A stretch of DNA of 62,872 nt, filler included, from Octopus bimaculoides (taxonomy: Eukaryota): the NCBI RefSeq assembly GCF_001194135.2. It is 4 parts of 3 records of this genome, joined end to end, with 100 filler letters (N's around TTAATTAATTAA, not from the genome) between each part and the next. Parts side by side here need not be neighbours in the genome. Positions count along the whole stretch, not along the records: positions 31,350 to 56,231 come from NC_068981.1; 3 more parts are not named here. The stretch is one strand, 5' to 3'. The position numbers and the translations under genes were made by a program. The notes under the pieces were generated by a model. The model was not told the origin of the DNA. It was given only the letters and a program-made list of their open reading frames with translations, and ran no database searches. This document shows, in pieces, positions 39,781-52,550 of the stretch (positions within the stretch are counted from its first letter, which is position 1; each line of letters begins with the position of its first letter).

Positions 39781-40926
39781 TATTGGGTTGGCAACTAAGT
39801 TCCCGCCGTTTTTTTTTTTAAATTTTGGAATTTATTGCGTTTTTAAATTTTGGAATCTATTTTTTTCAAGAATTCTATTTTTGAATCAGTTTGGAATCTT
39901 TTTCTTTTCCTAGTTAATTTTAGATAATTTTTGTTTATTTCAGATCATTAAAATGGAATGTCAAGTTAAGAAAAACAAGCATTTTCGACACCTCCTTTTT
40001 GCTTTTAATCAAGGTTCTAAGGCCGCCAAAGCTGCTCGCGACATTTGTGCTGTGTATGGAGAGGGTGCCATAGCTGAAAGAACCGCCCGTGATTGGTATG
40101 CCATGGTAAAAAATGGAAATTTCGACCTAAAAAACGCACCTCGTTCAGGCCGTCCAGTTGAGTTCGATGAAGAGCGATTAAACAAACTTTTACACGAAAA
40201 TTCTCGTCAAACGACAAGGGAACTGGAAGAAAAACTGGAATGCTCCCACACTGCTATAGAGAAGCATCTTCACTCGATGGGAAAAGTTCAGAAGTATGGA
40301 GCATAGGTTCTGCATCTTTGACAACAACAAAAATCAACGAGCCACAGTCTCCGCTGGTTTGCTTGCTCGTCACCGCTCAACTCATCGACACAAGCAACGA
40401 TTTCTTTAACGAATCGTTACTTGCCACGAAAAATGGTGCCTGTACATCAATATGAAGCAGCGTAAGGAATGGCTTAGCCCCGGTAAACAAGCAACACCGC
40501 GCGTGAGACAAGATCTTCATCCGCGTAAAACGATGTTGTGCGTATGGTGGGACTGGGAAAGGATTATCCATTACGAATTGTTTGAATGGAACCAAACAGT
40601 CAACGCGGAATTCTATGTTCAACAAATGGAACGACTCAACACGGCTATTCAAGAGAAAAGACCTAATCGGCAGCATGGAGTTCTTCTGCTACACGACAAC
40701 GCCCGTCCTCATATCGCCAATATGACCAAAGAAGCCATTCAAACACATGGTTGGAAAGTGCTGCCACACCCACCGTACTCTCCTGATTTGGCACCAACGG
40801 ATTTCCACATCTTTCGATCTCTTTTCAAATGCTATGCGCGAAGTTTCGTTCAATACTGCTGCGGAACTGAGAGCTTGGTTAGATCAATTTTTCGAGTCGA
40901 AATCGGGTGATTTCTACCATCGAGGG
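39781..40926 (+). mobile_element. Mariner transposon (mellifera-like), left TIR present, 3' end lost
   Basis: TA plus ttgggttggcaactaag terminus; transposase at 39953-40926; replaced at 40926 by a SINE B fragment; no right TIR. Confidence 0.9.
39953..40926 (+). pseudogene. Mariner transposase pseudogene (HTH plus D,D34D)
   Basis: RSGRPVEFDEE, MLCVWWDW, LLHDNARPH, HPPYSPDLAPTDFH; stop at 40304-40306 and frameshifts. Confidence 0.9.
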
Positions 40927-41050
40927 GCCAGTTGATTTGATCGCCCCCAGTACGCAACTATTACTTAATTTATGGACCCTGAAAGGATGAAAGGCAAAGT
41001 CAACCTCGGTGGAATTTGAACTCAAAATGTAAAGACAGACGAAATACCGA
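40926..41050 (-). mobile_element. SINE family B fragment
   Basis: gaaaggatgaaaggcaaagtcaacctcggtggaatttgaactc. Confidence 0.8.
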
Positions 41051-41578
41051 TTTCTTTATTACCCATAAAGGGCTATACAAAGAATTTTTAAGACATCACA
41101 AAACATAAAGACAGTACAAAACGCAAACATAAAATCAGGGTAATTAAAATAGAATGATAATATGCAAGAATGAAAAAAATGAGGTGCTATGTCCACTCGA
41201 TCCCCGAAGTCGGGTGGTTACATTTATCCAGTTTTTCACTTTTACGTTCAACGTCATGTAAACATTTTAACGGTTTTGAAAATCAAAAAATTCAAACACT
41301 CGCGTTACCTTTCTCCCATTAACCATTGTTACTTCCGTCCTTATCAACTGCAAATAATCAGTTCTAGGGGGTGGTGTCTCCACCAACCATACCCGTTTCG
41401 TTATTATATTTTCACCAAGTTCTTTTATGTACTCCCAGTAGTTTTCCTCGTGTATCAAAATGCATTTCTCAGCACATTTCTCTGACATTTTCACTCTTAT
41501 TATTTCCTACAACCTCTCGACTTTTCATATATACATATATATATATGCATATATATATATGTATATATAATACACACA

Positions 41579-41615
<37 letters not shown>

Positions 41616-41653
41616 ACACACATATATATATATATACATACATATATATATAT

Positions 41654-41705
<52 letters not shown>

Positions 41706-42532
41706 CTACATATATATATACATGTATACGTACATATAGATATATACACACATATATATATACATATATACATACATATACACACATATATATATATATA
41801 TATATATACATATATATATAGATATATATACACACACAGACATATATACATATACATACATACACATATACTCATATACACTCTATGGAGAAAGCACGCT
41901 GATGAGCATTTATTTCATTGCGAAGTTGGCATCCCGAGCTAATGTCCTCTCTTGCGGTGGGGATGTTGTCTCCCTTGTCACTAAACAAAACCTGTGTTTT
42001 TCTGGCTAAAGAGTCTTTAACTCTTATTTCTTGCAATGCTGTGCACTCTGCACCTTTTGTCACTTTTTGATGATGGCGAATTATTTCCTTTTTGGTTTTG
42101 AATTCCGTCTAGCCACCTCAGTATCTAACCATAATAGAGCAGACTATATCTGTTTATTTATTTCTTCATTTCTTTATTTAATAATAAAATTGTTAATTAC
42201 CAACCATTTTGCATCGTTTCTCCCGTTTTTTTTTTTCTTGAGATGTTTCTTTAAAATCTGTCTTATTGGAAATGTTTATATTGTTACTGCTTTTGTTATT
42301 TCTATTTAGTTTTTAAAGCTATATTCTAATATCTGGCTATTTCTTCTTTCTCTTTCTCCCCCACTTCTCTCTCTCACCCTCTATCTATCTGTGTGTGTGC
42401 GTGTGTGTGTGTGTGTGTATGGGTGAAATACTGCACTCAGGTTGACCTTTCGTTTATTAAGGAAGGGCATTTAGTCCATAGCTACAGGGGGCCCCAAATC
42501 GTAGTAGCTAATCTTCTTAACTCACAGGGGCA

Positions 42533-42550
42533 ATATTATTATTATTATTA

Positions 42551-42611
<61 letters not shown>

Positions 42612-42645
42612 GATTATTATTATTATTATTATTATTATTGTTATG

Positions 42646-42695
<50 letters not shown>
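42533..42695. repeat. (ATT)n microsatellite
   Basis: Direct inspection. Confidence 0.95.
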
Positions 42696-43429
42696 CAGTT
42701 TTCTTTCGTTATTTCCAGACAGTAACATGTGTAGTTAACACTGTGCGTCTATGTACGTAGTCGTATGCATTTTGCATTGGTGAATGTCTAGATGGGTTTA
42801 TGATTTTATCACTTTCTCTGTGTGTGCACGTGTCTGTCTGATTGTCTGTATGCGTGTGCAGGAGTGAGTGTTTATTAGGATATGTGTATTTATGCATATT
42901 TAAGTGAGGTTGTGTTGGCATGTGTGCTGTGTTATGACTATATGCACATGTAAGCTGCGAATACATGTAATTGCGTGTGTGTGTAATATATATATATATA
43001 TATATATATATAGATAGATAGATAGATATAGATATAGATATAGATATATAGTGTGTGTGTGTGTGTGTGTATGCACACGAATATTCACATATATATGTAT
43101 AGGTATACATACATACGCGCACATATGTGAATGTGTGTTTGTATTAATAATTGCAAAGGCGTTTGAATATATAGGCAAATATATTTGAGTGTGCGCATCT
43201 GTACATAAGTGTTTATTGAAGGTAAATCTGTAAGCGCGAACGCACACACACACACATACACACACACACACAATATAGGGCTATAGAATAAGCGAAGCCC
43301 ATAAGAGACTCTTTCTCTCACCTACCCCTTCAGTCTTTCTACGTGAAACATACCCGCCTCCACCATCACCACCAACCTGGACTCAGTGGGACGGCTATTT
43401 ATCTACTGAACAGTACACACACACACACA

Positions 43430-43483
<54 letters not shown>

Positions 43484-43825
43484 TGTATGAGTTCATGTTT
43501 GTATGCTTGTATCCTTGTATGTATATGCATATATCGATGTATATATACGTGTATGTATATAAGTATGTATCATTGTATGCGCGTCTGTGCTTGTGCGTAT
43601 GCGTGTGTGTGTGTGCATGTGTGTATGTACATGTTTGTATATGTATGTGTAGCTGTGTGTACGCATCGTGTCTCTTGCATAGTTATAACCCTCTCTTAAG
43701 AACGTACATTGATTTGTTTGCTTACATTTCATCTACCGTTAAATAGTGACGGTGGGAATCAAGTAATTGAAGATATCATTTGACTACTTCACCACCGACA
43801 TCGCCAACAATATAGCCATTTGCAA

Positions 43826-44220
43826 GGCTTCCACTCACTAGCACCGCCATCACACTGGACCAAGAAGGGAGCCCCTATGCACTCAGCCCGACCATTTTGC
43901 AATAGTAGTTGCGTTCCCTCAAGTTGCTTTATATAGCTTTCAGAAATGAATGTGTGGAGTTAGAATACCTCACATGTGTGTGTGTAGTTTCTGAAGGAAG
44001 TCGTCTTTGAACATGAAGCTATGGCTTCAACTTACTAGAACCGCCATCACACTGGACCAAGAAGAGAGTCCCTATGCACTCAGCCTGACCATTTTGCAAT
44101 AGTAGTTGCGTTCCCTCAAGTTGCTTTATATAGCTTTCAGAAATGAATGTGTGGAGTTAGAATACCTAACATGTATGTGTATAGTTTCTGAAGGAAGTCG
44201 TCTTTGAACATGAAGCTATG
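43826..44220 (+). repeat. 197-bp tandem duplication (two copies)
   Basis: 43826-44022 versus 44023-44219, few substitutions, no gap nearby. Confidence 0.9.
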
Positions 44221-44469
44221 ATGGGGCTAGAATGTGTCACTCGTGGTAACCGTTGTATCTACCTCTTCTCTTGGCCTCCAAACCTATCTATACAAGCTTA
44301 TATAGCCGACCAAAATGTGCCGCTCAGGACGGAACGCCCCACACCTCAACCTTTCCTCTAGCTGTGTTACTGAGATGAAGTATCCATTTGACAATGTAAT
44401 CCAATGTGTCTTTTCGACGGGATGGTCACGACTGGAAAACTTCTGTGTGTTGGTCTGCTTGATTTAGAT

Positions 44470-44747
44470 CAGTGTTTCTCAACCATTTTTCTAATTACGG
44501 ATCCCTTTGATTTTGATTTTACCCTTCTGGACCCTCATACCTATTCAATGCTTAAAGAAATCCTAATACATTTTTATAAATAAATATTATTAGGAATTGT
44601 ATAAAAAAAATTGATAAAATATTTTGTGAATTGTAGAAATATAACCAATTTATCACGCATAAAGTTATTACAATTTATTACACAAACTTTAACAGCAAAC
44701 TCTTATATGGATCCCAAGGATCACTGGGCCCCGGTTGTGAACCACTG
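44470..44747 (+). mobile_element. hAT (Charlie-like) MITE
   Basis: Termini cagtgtttctcaacc / ggttgtgaaccactg; left flank atttagat; sister copy at 50898-51149. Confidence 0.75.
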
Positions 44748-44811
44748 ATTGACCTGCCAAATGTGGAGGTTAAAAAACAGCAATAACCATTTGAGAGGAA
44801 TCATTAATAAC

Positions 44812-44948
44812 GATTTCAAAATTTTGGCACAAATACAGCAATTTCAGGGGAAGAGTAAGTTAATAACATCGACCCCTGTGTCCAACTGGCACTTCATCCG
44901 AAAGGATGAAAGGCAAAATCGGCCTCGGTCAAATTTGAACTCAGAATG
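44812..44948 (-). mobile_element. SINE family B variant, left member of a head-to-head pair
   Basis: ttttggcacaa...ccgaaaggatgaaaggcaaa...aatttgaactcagaatg. Confidence 0.8.
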
Positions 44949-44969
44949 AAGAGGAATCATCAATAATAA

Positions 44970-45142
44970 TTTAGCGACATTTCGTCTGTCTTTGCATTCT
45001 GAGTTCAGATTCTACCGAGGTCGACTTCACTTTTCATCCTTTCAGGGATGAAATGAGTACCAGTTGTAAGCACTAGGGCCGATTTAATCGACCTTACTCA
45101 CTCCCTTGGAATTGCTGGCCTTGTGCCAAAATTCGAGATCAA
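44970..45142 (+). mobile_element. SINE family B variant, right member of a head-to-head pair
   Basis: cattctgagttcagattctaccgaggtcgac...gctggccttgtgccaaaatt. Confidence 0.8.
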
Positions 45143-45567
45143 TAATAAAAGTTATCAGCCATTAAAAAAAAAAAATTTAGGAAATTTCAGCGGATCAGAT
45201 GCAGCCAATAACGGAATGACGGAAGCTGGAATTGCCTTATGTTCCCATTGTAACATGGTAACAAACTGACACGCAAGAAATAGCAAAGAAATTTCCATCA
45301 AATAGCATAGAGACATCCTTCAAATTACAACTGAATGAAGAGTGAGTGATTTAGGGCTAAGTAAGAACATCGCAACTAACACTAATACTAGCAGACGACT
45401 ACGATCACCATTGGTGCTGTAGTTGTGATGATATTGGTATTGATACTGGTCGAGTTGGAGACTGATAGCAGCGTTCCTGGTGGTAGCGAGGCTGCTTTTG
45501 ACGATGACGTTAAACATAAGACAATCACCACAACTACCCCCAAACCACTGCCGCAGCCATGAAATAA

Positions 45568-45604
<37 letters not shown>

Positions 45605-45760
45605 CTTCAACAGTGTTAGGAACCTTTCATAATCCCAAAGATGCAGATTTACCACAAAAGTCTTTTCAATAACCACAAACACGTTTTAAGATGATGCAAG
45701 ACTCAGAAGTTATAAAACTCGTCGTCTTTCAACAAATTATCGTGTGTGCGTATGTGTGTG

Positions 45761-45797
<37 letters not shown>

Positions 45798-45814
45798 NNN
45801 NNNNNNNNNNNNNN

Positions 45815-45878
<64 letters not shown>

Positions 45879-45961
45879 TGTACATCTTTGTGTACAAATG
45901 TGTGTGGCTGTGAATTTATATGCTTGTGTGTCATAATGCCCATTAACATGTATGACCACGT

Positions 45962-46180
45962 TAAGGTAGCGAGCTGGCGAAATCGTTACTACCCCGGGCA
46001 AAACTCTTTGTGGTATTTTGTACATCTTTCCGCTCCGAGTTCAAATTTCGCCGAGGCCGACGTTGCCTCTCATCTCTTTCGGAGTCGATAAAGTAAGTAC
46101 TAATTGAGCGCTGGCGTCGATGTAATCGACTTGCTCCTTCTTCCCAAATTGCTGGCCTTGTACCAAAGTGTGAAACCAAT
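45962..46180 (+). mobile_element. SINE family B variant, full length
   Basis: Head ggtagcgagctggcgaaatcgtt; gagttcaaatttcgccgagg; tail gctggccttgtaccaaa. Confidence 0.85.
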
Positions 46181-46403
46181 ATGTATGACCATGTTTTTCC
46201 TTGTAATTACAACACAGGAGAAATCACTTTCTGTGCACATGCGTACAGATACAAGGTTGATCTTGGACTTCTTACTTCGCGTCAACAGAAAAGTGAAAAG
46301 TTGTTTTCTTATGATTGATTCTGATATATAAACAATTTACTAGAATTTTGAACTCGAGAGGATTGTTATTATGGCTTATATAGGACATCGTTACGTTTTC
46401 AAT

Positions 46404-46782
46404 GTGGAGGCGCAATGGCCCTGTGGTTAGGGCAGCGGTCATAGGATCGCGGTTTCGATTCCCAGACCGGGCGTTGTGAGTGTTTATTGAGCGAAAACAC
46501 CTAAAGCCCCACGAGGCTCCGGCAGGGGATGGCAGGTGAACCCTGCTGTACTCTTTCACCACAACTTTCTCTCACTCTTACCTCCTGTTTCTGTTGTGCC
46601 TGTAATTCAAAGGGTCAGCCTTGTTACACTGTCACGCTGAATATCCCCGAGAATTACGTTAAGGGTACACGTGTCTGTGGAGTGCTCAGCCACTTGCACG
46701 TTAATTTCACGAGCAGGCTGTTCCGTTGATCGGATCAACTGGAACCCTCGACGTCGTAAGCGACGGAGTGCCAACAACAACA
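46404..46782 (+). mobile_element. SINE family C, full length with 11-bp target-site duplication
   Basis: tRNA-like head, (CAA)n tail; TSD ACGTTTTCAAT at 46393-46403 and 46783-46793. Confidence 0.92.
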
Positions 46783-47091
46783 ACGTTTTCAATAGTGTTT
46801 TTAAATCTTACAGTTTAGATTATTTTTTTCATACATGTTGGTTATAAAAGCAAGATGCGTTATGCGACTGCAGTAGTTTCCTATGATGTTTTCAGGCTTC
46901 AATTGCCTCAGTTTCTTTAGCAATATGCAACAGCACATATTGCGAGGTGCTGATCCTTTTTTAACATAAAGCCAGCTTTTATTGAGCAAACATATAATCT
47001 AAAAGTCTTCCAACCACCTTGTTAGGGGTGCATTTTGGAGAACAGTTCTCTATATCTGTATTCTTGTGTAAAACAGTAGGCATATGTTAGA

Positions 47092-47117
47092 GATAGATAG
47101 ACAGATAGATAGGCAGG

Positions 47118-47200
<83 letters not shown>

Positions 47201-47420
47201 GTAGGCAGACAGACAGAGAGACAGACAGAAAGATAGATGGGCAGGCAGACAGACAGACAGACAGACTGACAGCTAGCTAGCTAGATAGATAAATAGGCAG
47301 GCAGACATACAAAGAGGCAGACAGATAGATAGATAAATAGATAGATAAATAAGCAGGCAGACAGACAGAAAAATAGACGGACAGAAACATAGATAGATAA
47401 AGAAAGAAAGAAAGAAAGAA
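47092..47420. repeat. Compound (GATA)/(GACA)/(GGCA)/(GAAA) tetranucleotide tract
   Basis: Direct inspection. Confidence 0.9.
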
Positions 47421-48006
47421 AAAGAGAGAGTGTGTGTTTATTGTGTGAAAAAGTTCGAGATAGCTCCACAAAATAAGAAATATAAGGGAATGCTATACAA
47501 GTACATTACTGATAGCCAACGAGAGTACCGCTGCCTCAGCGACCCTAACGCATTCTTTGACAGGCTTTCGAGATTTCAAAATCATTCTTAAACTTTTTAA
47601 TCTGGAGGCTAAAAAAATCAAAATTCTAAATTCGACGTGGCTAATTATGTATTAACATTTTAACAGGGAACTGTCAAAATGTCAATACCAAAAGTTTAAA
47701 ATTCCCCAGTTGTTAAAATTACAAAGTAATTATCAAAATATAACTAATACAGCCATTTAATGTGTTGGCTGGCGTTGCTTTTGTTCAATTAGATATTAAA
47801 TACAGGACAATTTTATCTTGAGAGCGATTCGGATGTCATTTTTAGCGCTCAGTCGATTTCTTAATTTTGTCTTGGTATCAAGTAGGAACGAAGACCCTAC
47901 TTTGCAAAGGATTAAGTAGTCGCAAATGGAAATGCTACTTCGAAGATATTTTTCTTTTTCTCTCTTTCCTTCTTTCCTTTTATTTATTTATTTACTATTA
48001 TTGTTG

Positions 48007-48053
<47 letters not shown>

Positions 48054-48056
<3 letters not shown>

Positions 48057-48174
48057 TAGTTTTATTTTTATAACGTGCTTTCACTTCACTACCGAGCGCA
48101 GCTCTGTGCGCCTTGGGTATGTGCTGTGGTTTGCTGTGGTGCTCTTATGTTTACTGTATTGAAAGTGTTTTGCG
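48054..48174 (-). mobile_element. R4/Dong-like non-LTR 3' end in an (ATT)n array
   Basis: Homologous to the 3' portion of 55914-56174; (ATT)n on both sides. Confidence 0.65.
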
Positions 48175-48234
<60 letters not shown>

Positions 48235-48528
48235 NNNNNNNNNNNNNNNNNNNNNNNNNNNNNNNNNNNNNNNNNNNNNNNNNNNNNNNNNNNNNNNNNN
48301 NNNNNNNNNNNNNNNNNNNNNNNNNNNNNNNNNNNNNNNNNNNNNNNNNNNNNNNNNNNNNNNNNNNNNNNNNNNNNNNNNNNNNNNNNNNNNNNNNNNN
48401 NNNNNNNNNNNNNNNNNNNNNNNNNNNNNNNNNNNNNNNNNNNNNNNNNNNNNNNNNNNNNNNNNNNNNNNNNNNNNNNNNNNNNNNNNNNNNNNNNNNN
48501 NNNNNNNNNNNNNNNNNNNNNNNNNNNN

Positions 48529-48640
<112 letters not shown>

Positions 48641-48699
48641 CATTATTATTTTTTTCTCCTGTATGAGTACGTGTGTAATCATCATCTGAAAACAGAGAG

Positions 48700-49620
48700 G
48701 AAGTTGTCTCAGATCTTGAGTAAGACTAAGGATTACTCTACACCAATGAAGTACAGACAACCGACTCAACACTACAGTAAACTATACCACACACGTACAG
48801 TCTCCTTAAGGTTCACAAGGATGGCATTCAATTAAGACCTATAGTGAGCTGTAGAGGTTCAGCATGTCATCCACTGAGCTGTTTTCTTGTGGATATAATT
48901 AGTCAATCAGCAGGAAAGTCAACATCGTACGTGAAGAATTCCACCCACTTCACCCAGATGGTGAGTCTAGATGTGATAAATTTGTTCACCAAAGTTCCAA
49001 CTGGTGAAGCACTATCAGTGATTCAAGAAAAACTAGTGACAGACACTCATCTAAAAGAATGCACAAGTATACCAATAAAAAACATGATGTAAATGTTAAC
49101 CTTCTGTGTAGAAACTACCTACTTCAGAAAGCACATTTGAAACCAATAAATTGTTGACAGTCAGTCTACCCTATGTGAAAGGTCTCTCCGAAAAGATACA
49201 AAAGATATGCGGCCCATATGATATAAGGACAGTATTCAAGAGTAATACAACACTTCGCAAATATCTCCTTCGAGTAAAACCACCAATAGAAAAACTGCGT
49301 GTACTCCATCCCATGCAGCTGTGGTAGGTTATACAAAGGCGAAACATGTCGCCCCCTCAAAATAAGGGTAGAGGAACATTGCAAAGCTGTGATACGAGGA
49401 GATATTGATAAATCGGATATAACTGATCATGTATGGAAAAATGGAGACCCTGTGGGATGAAGTTGAAATAATAGACTGAGAACACCACTGGTAAATACGA
49501 AAACTAAAAGAAGCAGCACATATGCTAGGACACAACAACCTCCTAAGCAGACCGAATGCAGATATATATAGCATATAGGAACCGGTATTAAGGAAGGATT
49601 GGAAAATATTAGATTTATAA
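48700..49620 (+). pseudogene. Penelope-like element: RT remnant plus GIY-YIG endonuclease, internally deleted
   Basis: YSLLKVHKDGIQLRPIVS...VKNSTHF..MVSLDVINLFTKVP; LPYVKGLSEKI; NCVYSIPCSCGRLYKGETCRPLKIRVEEH. Confidence 0.85.
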
Positions 49621-49654
49621 GCCCTAAAAATTCCTTCTATAATTGGCCACAGGC

Positions 49655-49865
49655 ATATGGCGTAGTGGTTAAGAGTGCGGGCTACTAACCCCAAGATTCC
49701 GAGTTCGATTTCAGGCAGTGACCTGAATAATAATAATAATAACATCGAAAAATACGTTAGGAATGAGAACCGAAGTTCGAAATTTCCCCATGAGGGTATA
49801 TCAGCCGAAACGTTGTATCAACAACAAACAAGATGAGGACAAATATCCGTCTAGTGTAAATAATA
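49655..49865 (+). mobile_element. Family E module about 35 bp after the PLE stop codon
   Basis: TGGCGTAGTGG 49658-49668, GTTCGATTTC 49703-49712, then cagccgaaacgttg; the CTGATGA part is deleted in this copy. Confidence 0.8.
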
Positions 49866-50355
49866 TCATTTTATTTATCTCATTCAATTTCAGAAAAACT
49901 GAAGCATGCCTGATAATTACGGAATAGGTGCATGACTTTTGACTTGCCTTCTGTTTGAGAGAATGTATTTCAAAATTTGTTCTAATACTTGATTATTATA
50001 GATGTTAATGTCCTTGCTTTCCTTAATATTTTCATCTGAACTTTCACTAATTTTTTAAGCAAAACAAGATTCCTTATCAACTGATCAAATATCTTGCAAA
50101 ACTAACTTTCAAAATCATTCAGTAACATTTCGAAATGATTAATTGAGTAGTAGTAACGTTTGAAACGAACGATCTATCTCCATTATAGAGCGCAATCAGA
50201 CCAAGTTATCATTCTCGGTATTTCTGGCCCTCAATGGAATTTTCAGTTTAAACGAATGTACACTTAAAATTTGCCAAAATATCTAGTGCTTTCAATAGGC
50301 TTAACAAATTCTGGTACATTCCACTTACTTTCTTTTCCTTATCATTGTTTACCCT

Positions 50356-50757
50356 TTATTCTTTTACTCTTTTACTTGTTTCAGTCATTTGACTGTGGCC
50401 ATGCTGCCGCACCGCCTTTAGTCGAGCAATTTGACCCCAGGACTTATTCTTTGTAAGCCTAGTACTTGTTCTATCGGTCTCGTTTGCCGAACCGCTAAGT
50501 TACGGGGACGTAAACACACCAGCATCGGTTGTCAAGCGATGTTGGGGGGGGGGCAAATACAGACACACAAACATGTACACACACATACATATATATAAAC
50601 ATCTATACGACAGGCTTCTTTCAGTTTCCATCTACCAAATCCTATCACAAGGCTTTGGTCGGCCCGAGGCTATAGTAGAAGACACTTTCCCAAGGTGCCA
50701 CGCAGTGGGACAGAACCCGGAACCATGTGGCTGGTAAGCAAGCTACTTACCACACGG
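50356..50757 (-). mobile_element. SINE family A, full length
   Basis: Matches the reverse complement of 16457-16865. Confidence 0.9.
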
Positions 50758-50897
50758 AAAAGAAAGAAAAAGGAAAAGACAGACAACTCCACCAATAACC
50801 GTATGTTGTCACTGAAAGAGCCAACTCTGCTGCTAAATAGTATTATAGAAATATTTGATACAAGCGAAAGTGAAGATGATTTCTGTTGCATCTGAAT

Positions 50898-51149
50898 CAG
50901 TAGCTCTCAACCTCGGTCCATATGACCTTTTAGGGTCCACATAAGATTTTGTTGTTAAAATTCATGTGCAATAAATTGGTTATACTTCTACAACACGAAA
51001 TATTTTAAGAATTTCTTTTATACAATTCCTAATATTTAATTATAAGAGTATAATAAGATTTTTTTAAAGCACCGAATGGCTATGCGGTTCTACTCGAGTA
51101 AGATAGGAATCAAAGAAGTCCATAGGCCAAAAATGGTTGAGAACCGCAG
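50898..51149 (-). mobile_element. hAT MITE, sister of 44470-44747
   Basis: cagtagctctcaacc / ggttgagaaccgcag termini; shared tatacaattcctaata internal sequence. Confidence 0.7.
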
Positions 51150-51641
51150 AAAACAAACGTCCAAACAGGTTTGGATCACTTTAAAATATACAGAGCAGTC
51201 ATGTGTTGATTTGAATCATGATAGAGAAAGGAAATGTTCTCTTCAACAGCAAGAACAAAACGAAAAGAAATTTTGTGTGACCGCTTTACATAATTGCTCA
51301 ATCCTCTAGAAATAGTAGTTAAGTCTCAAATAATTCTTTATTGACTGAGAGAAGAAAGCTTCAATAATTTAATGTCGGTCTTGTGTGCATTTTACATTGG
51401 AAAGATGAATTAGTCACGTGTGGATCTCATTTATCTTCCTCCTCCTCCTCCTCCTCCTCCCCATATTTCTTTACTCCAAACACTCGTAGACTTGAAGACT
51501 ACCTGGAAAAAAACGGGTAGCAGGAAATAACTCCTCTATAGACTAGTTGAAATTATGGAGAGTCACAGCAAGTTACTTCCGGAAACCGATACATAGTCAC
51601 AAATACAGATGTATACAAACAGACGTACGGACAAAAAGATT

Positions 51642-51696
<55 letters not shown>

Positions 51697-52012
51697 NNNN
51701 NNNNNNNNNNNNNNNNNNNNNNNNNNNNNNNNNNNNNNNNNNNNNNNNNNNNNNNNNNNNNNNNNNNNNNNNNNNNNNNNNNNNNNNNNNNNNNNNNNNN
51801 NNNNNNNNNNNNNNNNNNNNNNNNNNNNNNNNNNNNNNNNNNNNNNNNNNNNNNNNNNNNNNNNNNNNNNNNNNNNNNNNNNNNNNNNNNNNNNNNNNNN
51901 NNNNNNNNNNNNNNNNNNNNNNNNNNNNNNNNNNNNNNNNNNNNNNNNNNNNNNNNNNNNNNNNNNNNNNNNNNNNNNNNNNNNNNNNNNNNNNNNNNNN
52001 NNNNNNNNNNNN

Positions 52013-52061
<49 letters not shown>

Positions 52062-52428
52062 GGATATAAGTATAGTGAGAGGTAATCTGCTTTTTAGATC
52101 AGCTTTCCACTACTTAAGCAGCAAATGGAAAACCTGCCAACTAAATGATAATAAAGATTTTGAAGATGCCTATCAATAACTCTATGCGTGAGTATACATA
52201 CATACATACATGCGTACTTATATACATACATACATACATACATACATGCATACTTACGCACATACTACATACATACATGCATACTTACGCACATACTACA
52301 TACATACACACATATATACATACATATCCATACATACATATGTACATACATGCATATCCATACATACATAAACACATACGTACATACATACATACATACA
52401 TACATACATACATACATACATACATAAA

Positions 52429-52550
52429 TGATGATGGTCGTCCACTCGTGACCGAGGGAGACCATTGCTGACCTTCAGGAACATTGTGCGCTCTAGGACT
52501 AACTTATATTTTGCATTTGCAGCTCCGTTTGTGGCTAATGAGTCCTGCTC
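52429..52550 (-). mobile_element. Possible RTE-type 3' UTR fragment
   Basis: gatgatggtcgtccactcgtgaccgagg...gtggctaatgagtcc resembles RTE 3' ends. Confidence 0.3.

Noticed and set aside
41189-41520. Non-repetitive ORF-like stretch on the minus strand
   Set aside because: 75 aa with no recognisable motif; possibly a retroelement fragment but unassignable.
41895-41935. CTGATGA-GCA...TGC-GAAG hammerhead-like core
   Set aside because: GAAG replaces GAAA and stem I does not close in register.
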